The position numbers and the translations under genes are program-made. The notes beneath the pieces were generated by a model. It did not search any database, was not told the DNA's origin, and saw only the letters and a program-made list of their open reading frames with translations. A stretch of DNA of 64,000 bases, taken from positions 97,247-161,246 of the forward strand of contig NIVC01002565.1 of the NCBI GenBank assembly GCA_002269645.1, in the 5' to 3' direction. This stretch comes from Macrostomum lignano (taxonomy: Eukaryota). Shown here piece after piece: positions 1 through 50,100 of this stretch (position 1 is the first letter of the stretch; each line of letters starts with the position of its first letter).

Positions 1-1
1 G

Positions 2-94
2 CTCTCTGTAGTGGACAAGGAATATTATTCCGACCGGAAATACGAAGCTCGGATAGTGTACGCCGAATACCCGGCTAAGATCAACTACTTTTAG
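2..94 (+). CDS. Possible 3' end of an unidentified upstream gene, truncated by the window edge
   Basis: Open frame from base 2 (LSVVDKEYYSDRKYEARIVYAEYPAKINYF) ends in tandem TAG TAG and is followed by AT-rich sequence with AATAAA near 390. No family recognised. Confidence 0.25.
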   Translation, partial: LSVVDKEYYSDRKYEARIVYAEYPAKINYF

Positions 95-1389
95 TAGCAA
101 AATGGCCTGTTTAGCGTGATTTGAGACTTCTGGAAATTTAGAAATTGAAATTTAACAAAACTACATTTAATTTCAATTGTTCAGGTTAACATTTATCCTC
201 CCAAAACTGTTACAGTTTTAATAACCTAGTTAAAGTTTGAAGAGTCCATGATTTTGTTTTGTTAATGACAAAACTAGAAAGCAATTTCAGTTGTGAGCCC
301 TGCTAAAATTAATATTTTGTATGCGGGTGAATTTACTATACCGCAATTTGTTTTCCGTGTTTTGGCGCCCTGGAAACTGGATCAAGGGTAATAAATTATC
401 GTGGCCACTGATGACTAAACGAATGACCTTAAGTGAGGATGTATAGGGAAGCAAGAACTTTGTCACAGTTTTGGGCTAGAGTTGACAAATCTCTTCTATT
501 CAGAGCGGTTTGGCTTTCTTTGGCATGCTGATTAACTGTGTCAGTTTAAATCATAATTAATACCTATGTGCTCGATAGGTGCGCAGTAGCCGTATTAGTG
601 CCCGGCCTGAGGTCGTTAATCATGCCATCAATGCCCCTCTGATCCCCTGCCGGGTCTTCATCACTGTCATTGAAGCATATAGCGGCAAGAAAGCTGCAAG
701 AATGCTTTTTTGGCACTGAGCGAGCGCAGGCCCAGCCAATTTAACTGAAAGCTTTCTGGCGATGAGATTCAAGTGTCTCTTGGACTGCCCCCAATTTTGC
801 CTTACTAATCAGATCTGCCATTTAATGTCTCTCAGGGCTATTGACTATCGGAACCAAATTTATTCATCGAAATTCGACGTTGAGCTCGGGAAGTGGATAA
901 TACGGAATTATAGAGCAATCAGAGCATTGGAGATAGCTCTAGCGGCCAAAATGGGGCACTTCCGGTGCGTCCTCGGATGGCAGTTTAGAGTTTTTAATCG
1001 CTAGGGAGCTGATCAGCTGCTGAACTGCCTAAGTTGCAGATTTCGGGATTAACAATCGATTAGTATCGATTGCACGGATTCGTTCGGCTATTAAGGAAGA
1101 TGCTGGCAGCTGAACTGCGTCACGAGGCCAGAGAGCATCGAGCAGAGTGCCAGGTTTTTTTAGAATACGAGCCAGCTTTGTCTCAAAGTTGCAGGCACCC
1201 ACACCTGACTCATTGGCGGGCACCGGGCTGGCACCCAATAGCCGACTAGCGGCAGCACACGGCGTCCTGCTTGGCCGTCCAATCCTAAAAATTGAAGGCC
1301 GGAATATTTGCGAGCCCGTCGGGGATCTGGCGGGCTGTGGAAACCTTCAGCCTGCGGTGTCTGACGGGCGGCCAGGCCTGCGAAGCAGT

Positions 1390-29621
<28,232 letters not shown>

Positions 29622-29765
29622 GCGCCACCTGAGCGCCACCTGAGCGCCACCTGAGCGCCACAAACCCCACCGAGTTCTGCGTTCGACCGGCTGGCAAAGC
29701 CTGCTTGACTCGAGATGAAAAAATCAAATGATTCACAGATTAAAAAATAACATTTTGTTACTTTG

Positions 29766-30186
<421 letters not shown>

Positions 30187-30681
30187 TCTCTGCTGTGGAG
30201 CTGCAGCAAGTTGTCAAGTGTTCGAGTTATTTGTCCTACTGTTACTATAAGATTTCCATATCTCTCATAATATTGTATACTTTGGCGGCTTGCTGAGCGA
30301 GGCGAAAATTAAAGGAACACGGTTGGTTTTATATTTGATTATGCCCGTGGGCTAAATAGAGTAGCGCGGTGCGTAAAAGAAAAAGTGGTGTCATAGACTA
30401 AAGTGAAAGTCATTAGGCTAGCCGCCACAATACTGTTTCCTATTCTCGTAATTATGCTTTTCTCAAATAGGTGAGACTTTAGAAATTAACCAGCACGTCG
30501 AGTTATTGATAGCGTCGAATTTTTACTCTGCATTATTAGCTTCAGCTGTTTCGTGAATCGTAGCTTTTAGTTCACTACACTCCGCTTTAAGCTTTTATTT
30601 TGTTATAGTTGAACCTTTAATGAGCTCTAATGAAAATCACAAATAAAATTGCGTGTTTTATTTTCTATATTCCCATGCCAT

Positions 30682-31625
30682 TAGCGGTAGCGGAAGCGGA
30701 AGCGGTAGCGGAAGCGGTAGCGGAAGCGGTAGCGGAAGCGGTAGCGGAAGCGGTAGCGGAAGCGGTAGCGGAAGCGGTAGCGGAAGCGGTAGCGGAAGCG
30801 GTAGCGGAAGCGGTAGCGGAAGCGGTAGCGGAAGCGGTAGCGGAAGCGGTAGCGGAAGCGGTAGCGGAAGCGGTAGCGGAAGCGGTAGCGGAAGCGGTAG
30901 CGGAAGCGGTAGCGGAAGCGGTAGCGGAAGCGGTAGCGGAAGCGGTAGCGGAAGCGGTAGCGGAAGCGGTAGCGGAAGCGGTAGCGGAAGCGGTAGCGGA
31001 AGCGGTAGCGGAAGCGGTAGCGGAAGCGGTAGCGGAAGCGGTAGCGGAAGCGGTAGCGGAAGCGGTAGCGGAAGCGGTAGCGGAAGCGGTAGCGGAAGCG
31101 GTAGCGGAAGCGGTAGCGGAAGCGGTAGCGGAAGCGGTAGCGGAAGCGGTAGCGGAAGCGGTAGCGGAAGCGGTAGCGGAAGCGGTAGCGGAAGCGGTAG
31201 CGGAAGCGGTAGCGGAAGCGGTAGCGGAAGCGGTAGCGGAAGCGGTAGCGGAAGCGGTAGCGGAAGCGGTAGCGGAAGCGGTAGCGGAAGCGGTAGCGGA
31301 AGCGGTAGCGGAAGCGGTAGCGGAAGCGGTAGCGGAAGCGGTAGCGGAAGCGGTAGCGGAAGCGGTAGCGGAAGCGGTAGCGGAAGCGGTAGCGGAAGCG
31401 GTAGCGGAAGCGGTAGCGGAAGCGGTAGCGGAAGCGGTAGCGGAAGCGGTAGCGGAAGCGGTAGCGGAAGCGGTAGCGGAAGCGGTAGCGGAAGCGGTAG
31501 CGGAAGCGGTAGCGGAAGCGGTAGCGGAAGCGGTAGCGGAAGCGGTAGCGGAAGCGGTAGCGGAAGCGGTAGCGGAAGCGGTAGCGGAAGCGGTAGCGGA
31601 AGCGGTAGCGGAAGCGGTAGCGGAA
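30682..31625. repeat. Homogeneous 12-bp satellite (GCGGAAGCGGTA)n, about 78 units, between the convergent ITPR and NLK 3' ends
   Basis: Essentially perfect after the first unit; source of the AEAV, GS and PL ORFs. Confidence 0.98.
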
Positions 31626-31943
31626 TTACATTATGCTTATATTTTTTTTTCTTCTTTATGATATCCCCAAAATAAAGTATCAAAAGACTAATATATTAAA
31701 TCGATTCAATCGATCGTGCAAAACTACTTTTCTTGCTGTTATTTCTTTGCAAAGGAAGGGCTTAGTTTAATACTAACAGTAATATATCAGTAGTATTTCA
31801 AGCAGTAGTTGAAATTGTTACACGTGGTTCAAGCAGAAATGATGACGCCGTAAAATGTGTAAAAGCTACAGCTGAGTGAAAAGCCATTTTGCTGTTGCTT
31901 AAAAAGCAACACAGTAAAGTTTCATTGTGCGGGCGGATTCGCC

Positions 31944-40685
<8,742 letters not shown>

Positions 40686-41282
40686 CCTGTCGATTATTTG
40701 CGATGATTGAAATGTCTGACGAGGATTTAGAGAATGAGAGAGCGTCAAAATTTAATGCATGCTCGACAGGCTTTTCTTGCTATTTTGGCCGAATAAAAGA
40801 GCTGTGTGACACAGGCTATAGATAGAAGGCCATAGGCTAAAAGCAAGCGTAGGCTCTCACTGGCTGCTTGTGTGCTTAGGGTGGCAAGAATCCCGGTAAC
40901 TGGGGGGTTTGACCAAGAATAGAAATTTTTGCTTGAATGTGCACTGACTTAAGCGCCTTATATGCGAATACGTTTAGGTATTCCCAGCCATTATATACAT
41001 GCAGTGAACTTTTAGTGTAAATTATTAAGTTATGATTGCAGCTTTTGTATACCCCGCAGCTGGAGCGGAAATAATAAAACTTTGTTTACGCTCGCATTTC
41101 ACTTCATTCGTTGCAATCGTCAAATTTTACGAAATTCTTACCTCTTCCATTCGATGGTAAATTGCAAGTTCCGAAAATGAAAGTTTTCTAAATGCATTAG
41201 TGGTCCCTGTCTTTAAATAACATAAACTTTGAATGCGGCCCCAAACTGTATTGGGTGCTCCCTGTCCTTGGGTGCTCGCTAT

Positions 41283-41917
41283 CTGAACCCTGTATCCACA
41301 CTGACCTGTATATGGACTGAACCCTGTATCCACACTGACCTGTATATGGACTGAACCCTGTATCCACACTGACCTGTATATGGACTGAACCCTGTATCCA
41401 CACTGACATGTCTATGGACTGAACCCTGTATCCACACTGACCTGTCTATGGACTGAACCCTGTATCCACACTGACCTGTCTATGGACTGAACCCTGTATC
41501 CACACTGACCTGTCTATGGACTGAACCCTGTATCCACACTGACCTGTCTATGGACTGAACCCTGTATCCACACTGACCTGTCTATGGAATGAACCCTGTA
41601 TCCACACTGACCTGTCTATGGACTGAACCCTGTATCCACACTGACCTGTCTATGGACTGAACCCTGTATCCACACTGACCTGTATATGGACTGAACCCTG
41701 TGCCCACTGACCTGTCTATGGACTGAACCCTGTATCCACTGACCTGTCTATGGACTGAACCCTTTATCCACACTGACCTGTCTATGGACTGAACCCTGTA
41801 TCCACACTGACCTGTCTATGGACTGAACCCTGTATCCACACTGACCTGTCTATGGACTGATCCCTGTATCCACACTGACCTGTCTATGGACTGAACCCTG
41901 TATCCACACTGACCTGT
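41283..41917. repeat. 34-bp minisatellite (CTGAACCCTGTATCCACACTGACCTGTCTATGGA), about 18 copies, upstream of NLK
   Basis: Period read directly. Confidence 0.94.
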
Positions 41918-42308
41918 TCAGTTTGAATCTTGTAGTCTTATCATTCTCCATAAGTTGCCTCTGTCAGTGTGGTTTTTAAAGACTAAAATAAAGTTACCGG
42001 CCTATCGAAAACGACTTTAATGATTTTGAGTCAGCTGGCATATGTAATCAACAATTTTTTCCACGTCGTATAAATATTGATGATGATTAAAATACACGGG
42101 GGACACAAAGCTTGCATGGTAAATAAATAGTTCTCATACAATGAAAACGAGGTAAGGTCGATAAATGATATGTTTACGAATTGTTAAACAGTTAATTTAC
42201 ATAATCAGACAGAAAAATCGTAGCGCGCACTGTGAGCCTCGCGTAAACATATTATTAAGCCTGCCACAAGTTAAAATTGTCAAGTAAAGGGCGCCCCTAT
42301 TAGCTGTG

Positions 42309-42381
42309 TTCCAAGTGGTCTAATGGATAAGGCGTCGGTTTTCGGAGCCGAAGGTTATGGGTTCGAATCCCATCTAAGACA
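42309..42381 (+). pseudogene. tRNA-Arg(TCG)-like gene with a mismatched acceptor stem (probable tRNA pseudogene)
   Basis: D arm GTCT/AGGC with loop AATGGATA, anticodon arm TCGGT-TTTCGGA-GCCGA and T arm ATGGG-TTCGAAT-CCCAT are intact, and a TTTTT terminator follows. The acceptor 5' TTCCAAG versus 3' CTAAGAC pairs at only 4 of 7 positions. Confidence 0.75.
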
Positions 42382-43387
42382 GAATTTTTCATCGCATAAA
42401 GGGAAGCTTCGATTAGTTAAATGTGCATAAAATTGTTTGATAGAGAAACTTAAATAACGTTAAATTTAAAAAAAATAAATACAGTACGTAACTCCCGCAT
42501 AAAAATTCAAATCTTTACTTTCTTTTCGATACATATCGTGAAGTAGTATAGGAGGCAAAGTGAGCAAGATTAGCTTGCCGGTTAAGCTAATTATTTTCAA
42601 TGTGGTTAAAAATCGCCGTGAAGAGCAAACCAAGTATTTCAGTACAATTATATTTATCTGCATAATTCAGTACATAATTATTATGTTATTGTGAAAAGTG
42701 AATTTTAATAATAGCTCGTAATTTTTGTAACTAATCTAGCCAACTGCCAGCTCTACTTATGCCATGCTGTTTCACATTGAGTTATAATCTATTTTAGGTT
42801 CTTTCGGGAAATTCTCGCATAATTCAGTCTTAAGGGTGGAAATGCACGCCTATTTTAGGCTATACTAATTTTAGCCACGTTTCAATTTCACGTTGGCAAG
42901 TACGCTAAAAATTATGCATAGCAACTTATAGAGACTTTACCTTGACTAAAACTCTTGACAGTATATCGAAAGAAAAAGCCCCTGATTAATTCAGCAAATC
43001 AATTCCTTTGATCAACGGCCGTCCTGAGATGAAGATCGGATTAAAAAAACAGAATTAGAATTCGGGTGCTCAGGAAGCTAAAAAATATTGAACTAAAATA
43101 TGAAAAGATACAATCTAAACTTTGACCCTCAAGGAATTAATCTTCATTTTTTGCTGGAGGGCTGGAGAATAGTCCACGCCAGCGCTTAAACTGTACAACC
43201 CTTAAACAGATAATGAAAATGTATACAGAAGTATAGCTACCTACGAGTACATGTAAGGAATGCATTTATACGTGTTTGTTTGCTAGTGAAGAAAGAAGGC
43301 GATGCTTTGCCTTCAACAAAGAATTCTATTCGACTGCTTTAAAGAAAGCTTTGTGCCACAGAAACCCCAAAATAGGTGTATGCATAA

Positions 43388-43751
43388 CAGGGGCGTAGCC
43401 AGGAATTTTGATTGGGGGGGGGGGGGGCCGTGAGTTAGGGGGCGCCAGCTTCTTATAGGGGGGCGCCAGTTTCTTTTAGGGGGGGGGGCGCCAGTTTCTT
43501 ATAGGGGGGGGGGCGCCAGTTTCTTTTAGGGGGGGGGCGCCAGTTTCTTATAGGGGGGCGCCAGTTTCTTTTAGGGGGGGGGCGCCAGTTTCTTTTAGGA
43601 GGGGCCGGGGGCACCAGTTTCTTTTAGGGGGGGGGCGCCAGTTTTTTATAGGGAGGGGGGCGCCAGTTTCTTTTAGGGGGGGGGGGCGCCAAGGCCAGAG
43701 TTGGTTGATTGGACCCTTCCCCTCTGGAGGACCCCTCTGGCTACGCCCCTG
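43388..43751. mobile_element. hAT-type MITE, 364 bp, with internal G-rich tandem repeats
   Basis: Perfect 15-bp TIRs CAGGGGCGTAGCCAG / CTGGCTACGCCCCTG, flanked by the 8-bp direct repeat ATGCATAA (43380-43387 and 43752-43759). Confidence 0.9.
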
Positions 43752-44737
43752 ATGCATAATTTGTTAAGGTTGTTTTATTGACATTTGAATTTATGTTACT
43801 TATATGCAACCCACAGATAATAAAACAGGTAGTATCTGTGATGCAACCTTACAACTCATTTAAAACTTGCAATGCTTTTTAGTAGACATACTGCTAACTA
43901 ATTCAACAATGCAAAAATTTACCAGATTGCAGTTTGTAAATATAATACCGTTTTGATAATGAAGAAATGTATATAGGCAATATAGCTTTCTTTGCAGCCT
44001 GTTCAACGCTGTACGGTATGCGCTTTTAAAGATGCTAAACTGCAGGCTACTTTTGATCTGCTACTTTGTCGAGACTAAGTAATAATAGCGCTGAAATGAC
44101 TGCAACTTTATTCATTTTTACTGCAATGAAATATTTGATGTTGTCATCACTCTACTGTATGTACGTCTGCCATTCCCACATGTAGATATAGCTCCAAACT
44201 TTACATCATGTTAAAGAGAACAGTTTTGAACAACCAGGCAAAAAGTTACCATTTTAGGTGCAGCTAACCCGGAGTTATGAGCATTTAAATTTTAGGTTCA
44301 ATGCGACAATGCAAACAAACGTCCCCAAAACTTTTCCATAGATGGGGAGTGTCGCGTCCTTTTTACTTCAGTAGTCATTCGTCTGTTTGCACCTTTCCCA
44401 ATTCTTCTTCAACTGGGAAACCCAAAAAAGGCCTTGAAGAAAACCAAGTCTATTTTAAGATATCTATATTTAGCTCCAAAAGGAAACTGAAAAACAAAGA
44501 TAACATTATCAAAAAGAATTTTGTAGTTAATAAAACTTATATATTTTAAGTTAGTATTATTTTTTGTTTTTTTCTTGAATTTAGCTTTTCGCTACATACT
44601 TTTTGTTATAATCCTTTGATGACATCATTCGCTGGAATTTCGCGTATATATATAACGACCCCTGCCCACGTGTTTTCATCATCAACCCAAATAGTGGAAT
44701 CAGAGGCGTTGCCTGCAATTGAACTTCTAATTCTAGC

Positions 44738-46780
44738 ATGTCGAACGTTGACGTCGAGTACTTATCACGTCGTGACTTTAAAAGCGACTCTGTTTTGGAT
44801 AGAAACCCGAAAACGGAAGAAAGCTCTCTGTCTGATTTTCTTTCTCGTGTTCTTCCCACTCTCGAACACGTCGAACTACCGAAGATGGGAGAGTTGGACC
44901 CAGAGTCCCTGCTAAATTTGCTTGCAAACCAGAAGACTACTCAAGCTAGCGGTATTCGTGGATCGGAATTGAGCGACAGTGCGTCATGGAGGCCGATTCT
45001 TGGCTGTGGACTTGCGACAAGAACAGAAGGTACAGAAGCATTTGGTGATGCAAATTTTAGTCTTCAAAGTTTGGATCACTTGTCAAGTTCTGCTACCCAG
45101 TCTGCGACTTCATCAGCTGCTGGAACTTCTGCCATTGAACAAATGACAGCCAGTGCCGATTTTGACAACCAGCTGCGACAGGCCACCTTTGAGAATAGGT
45201 CCCGCGATTTGTTCCAAAGACTAATAATGCAAGCTTCGATTGCTCAGGGCAAGCGACAGATAACAATTACTGAGCGCATTCAAGTTCCATCATCTGATCA
45301 TGTGGCTGAAATTGTTGGCAAGAATGGTAAGTGTGTTTGTATATTTTTCTTAACATCAATCATCATGAGAAATGGCATATCATCTAATCTAAATAATTTT
45401 GTTTTTCATTAATTTTCAAAAATTAAAAAATAATTTGAAAATTGACATTTAAAACATAGTTTTTTAGTGTAAAAAATTCCTCTTTGAGAATTAATTGTTG
45501 CTTCCAAATATTTTATTTTGAAAATTTCTTATTTAGTTATTTATTTAGCATATTGTCTTGATTTGTAATCTGTAAATTTAAAATAAGCTTCTTTTATTTA
45601 AGTATATTTTATATAAGTTTTTTAAGATTAGAATAAGCCTATTTTGAATTTTAATATTTAAAACTTATTTTCTTTCTAATTACTGGTTCATTTATTTTTT
45701 AATTTAGCTAATTTTGACTTATTTTTTACTTATTCCAGGCCTCCGAATCAAGCAGATCCGTGAACACTTGAAGGTCTGGGTCAAGACACCAACAAGAGAT
45801 GAGCTGCCTATCTTTGAAGTCACTGGAGTGCCAGATAAAGTTACTGAGGTGAGTCACTGTTGCTATTTTTAATTTTCTGACTAATGCATATTGAGCATAT
45901 AAAACTTGGCACATTGCCAAAAATACAAGAACCACTAAATTGTGCTTAGTCATTCAACAAATGGCCCGCAATCAATTGTTTGCAGGCGATCCGAATTCTG
46001 CAGCAGATGAGTGAGCACTTTACCCGGGTGCAGCAGGAACGTCAGACTCGCACTGAACCCACTAGAGTGGAGGAGCGACTGTATGTTGAGCAGGACAAGG
46101 TCGGCCTCATTGTGGGCGCCTCTGGCCAGACCATCCGCTGGGTGCAGCAGCTCTCAGACACGCACATCGCCACGCCGCGCAAGCAGGAGAAGCAGCCCGG
46201 CCTGCGCACCTGCTTCACCATCTGCGGCACCAAGGAGCGGGTCCAGTTTGCCAAGCAGCTCATCTCCGAGTACGTTGCCATGCGATGCCCAGGCCTGTGG
46301 CTCGAGCCCAGCTTGCCCCGCTCCGTCGAGGCTCTCAAACTGGTGGCCGATTTTCATCAGGTGCGCCAGACCAAAGCTGAGTCGGCCGCCCCGACTGTCA
46401 GCGTCACCCCGGCTGCCGGACCCGCCGCCGCTGCTAGCACCGACGATGTCGGAGCTGACGCCTGCATTGGGATCGCCCAGATGTCACTGCTGAACGAGCC
46501 CCAGCAGCAGCAGACCCTGAAGGACGCCCGCCGGCTCTGGCCGGAGCAGGAGCGGCCGAAGCGCCTGTGGAACAGCGCCCTTTTCTTCGGCGGCCTCGCC
46601 GAGCAGCGCCGCTACTCCGCCGACACGCCCGTCAGCCCCATCACCCCCGCCGGAGCCGCCGGCGCGACCGCTGACTGGCCAACAGCCGAGCAGCTGGCCT
46701 CGCTGAAGAAGGTCAGAAGCAACGAGCAACTTGGCGAGTCGCCAGCACCGAACTCAGCCGCCTTCTCTGGCTGGATGTGA
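44738..46780 (+). CDS. MEX3: MEX-3 family RNA-binding protein with two KH domains and no RING domain seen (about 497 aa, 3 exons)
   Basis: Exons 44738-45326, 45739-45848, 45986-46780, phases consistent. KH1: QVPSSDHVAEIVGKNGLRIKQIR..VWVKTPTRDELPIFEVTG. Linker: MSEHFTRV. KH2: VGLIVGASGQTIRWVQQLSDTHIATP. These match MEX-3 signatures (VPxSEHVAEIVGxxG, AEHF, VGLVVGPKGATIKRIQQ). Confidence 0.9.
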
Positions 46781-47230
46781 ATTCAGTGTTAACTCTCTGA
46801 CCGCTTCACCCTTGTTCGCGTATTCATTTCAACAATTATACAAACTATTGCGATTAATACTGGAACTGCGTTTTTGGTTATAAACCTTAGGTTGACTAAA
46901 TATGCTGATTGTTTTGGCTGTATATGTCACTTATAATTCTAGATGCCTGATAGTTGCTAATATGATTAAATTGGCTAAGTATTTCATCTTTTCGATTAAA
47001 TGTAGGAGCACTGCTTAGCACTTGCTAATAACTGTGTGCTATTGTAGTTAAGATTTGATAATTGATTTTTGCGCCTTCACCCCAAGCACCAATTTTATAT
47101 TTATATAAATTGCTAATAGTTCACTGCTTATTTTTACTCTATGATACAACCGCCCCCGCTCTTCTCTGCCTGTTATTTTTGCTCCTTATATTTTTATCTA
47201 GCTGATAAAGGCCTTTGAAGCATTTTCAAT

Positions 47231-47529
47231 CATACATGCGCAACAGTCGGCCGAGTCGGCCGATCCGGCCGACCGATTTGGCGGCCAACCAAGGAAGTCG
47301 CAAAAATGCCCACCCGAAAAAATAACCAAATAGTAGTACTAAAAAGCTGACGAGGCATTTTGGATTAATAACACAGTTATAGTTACTCCTGCTGTTTACC
47401 TAAAGTTGCGTTAATTTTGCTTTAGGGTTTTTTTTACATGTAAGTCGCATTTTTGGCCAAAAACTACGTCGCATTTTTGTTAAAACTAAGTCGCATGGCC
47501 GACCGAATTTTGGAGGTTGCGCATGTATG
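47231..47529. mobile_element. hAT-type MITE, 299 bp, downstream of the MEX3 stop
   Basis: Perfect 14-bp TIRs CATACATGCGCAAC / GTTGCGCATGTATG, 8-bp TSD TTTTCAAT (47223-47230 and 47530-47537), and subterminal GTCGGCC and AAGTCGCA repeats. Confidence 0.9.
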
Positions 47530-49481
47530 TTTTCAATGCATAATCTGTCTCTTTTCTAGCCAGCGTAAGAAAGTAATCAAAATAATAAAAAAACAATTTT
47601 TACCAGAGAACAGGTTTTATAAATATAGGTCTTTTGCCTTGCTCTGTACACAGTTAAGTTTGATCTGCTGTTTTTCGCATCTAAATGTTATTTTGTTTAA
47701 AAATACAGAGAAGAGCGCATCATTTTTGTTTATTATATAAGCCTTATAAAATTATATTATTGTTATTATTGACCCGAATTCTTTATCAGAGCTTTATCTG
47801 CAGGTTTCATTTTTGTATATCCATTTTATTCAGTAAACTGTCATCCGCGCCATCGTCTACGCTCGTGTCAGTTGGTTACTCTTGGCGGCTTGCAGTAATG
47901 TTTTATTAAATAGTTGGATATGTTTATATACTGCGTTATTAATTGTTAAATATAAACTAAAACTGTAATAAATTCTGATATGCAAAGCTATATATTAATA
48001 AGACTTTCACTTTCCGTAGCGGGTGCGGCGCTCATTCCGCGTGACTCACCGCCGTTTTTGCTCATCGGGATTGGGAGCGATTGGCTCGGAAGTCGGAAGT
48101 CTGAACTGGATTTGCACTTCAAATGCCCCCGTCGGTTACCATACTAAGCTATGAGGGGATTACTGCGTGTGCGTGTGCTGTTGCTAAAAATAGATCTGCA
48201 ATAGCCTTGAGGTCAACCCCAGTGCGATCACCCCCCCCCCGTTTTACTGCGTGACTCACTATGGGGTGGTGGCCTATTTTGGTCTTTCGCGAACATTCTA
48301 CAGATAAGGCGTCACCAATTGGTCATGCGGTACGGCCTCTGGCCCCTTACTCTCTCGCTTATTCAGCCACGCTGAACTGCTTTTGCACTGGAAAAGCAAA
48401 ACCTATGCTGCCTAATAAAGCAGAATTGCGTCTTAGCCTTATTTACCCGCGGCACAAATGAATCCGCAGGGCAGTAAAGCAGATATGCAAAGCACAAATG
48501 ATTAAATTATGTACGGTATACGCCCATTTTTTAAGCACTAACATTGAGGATTTCCTGTATGTCAAGTGAAGATTAAACAAAATAAAACTTTTATAAACAT
48601 TTTGAGAGCTGTACGTAAGTGACATAAAACTAGGCGAATATACGTAGTGCATATTTAATTATAACCTTTACATCAATACGGGATACAGTAAAATACAAAC
48701 TCAAGGAGATGACATGGCCTCACCGTCTCTGTACCAGAGGTCAGAGGAGATGAGAGATGAGAGGATAAGAAAGAGAAGAGAAGAGAGCTGGGGAAATTCT
48801 ATTACGAAGTTTCAAAGGGCCCGAGGGCCGGATGGAGTGACAAGGACCACTGTAGTAGCAAAACCAATAGTAAAGCTAAACAAATAGTTGTTGCTACAGT
48901 GGTTTTCTGACCTCCTGCTCAATGAGCGTCCACGGATGCCTGTGCTATACTAAATATAATCAACTAATTCGCTGGTTGGCTTATGTACGCTCGCAATTAA
49001 TTCCTTATCAGTCAGCAGGCCTCAATACCTTGCGATCAAAAGTCATTTAAAGACAGACGAAGAGAAAACCCCCGAAGGGGTCGGAAATGCGAGCGATTCG
49101 AACCTGCATGCCCGCCCACGCAATAGCCTGTGCCGCCTGTGCGGTAGGGAGCGGAAATCAAGAAGACTGTTAGGCTTTCCGCTAAAGCAATGGCGCGCCG
49201 GTGCACGGGCGGGTAGCGAGAGTTCAGCACCTGGCAATACCCGCTCGTAAAGTGTGGTAGAAAGCAGGAAAGCCCAGGTGTGCGAGTCTGCTGCAGAGAG
49301 AAGCCCCCCCCCCACAGCAAGCTCTTCGCGTGGGAAAGTGCAGCAGCTGATTATGCAGAGAATGCCTGAGGTGGGCGGCGCCCGGGTGCCACCCAGTGAC
49401 ATTTCCGTCAATTCTTCCTGCCTGCTCTCTGACCGTTGTGCTGTGGGGCCTGCTGCCATGCTTAATTATACCCGGTGAGGC

Positions 49482-50100
<619 letters not shown>

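Noticed and set aside
30630-31683. AEAV, GS and PL repeat proteins of about 340 aa
   Set aside because: These are translations of a 12-bp satellite that is stop-free in several frames.
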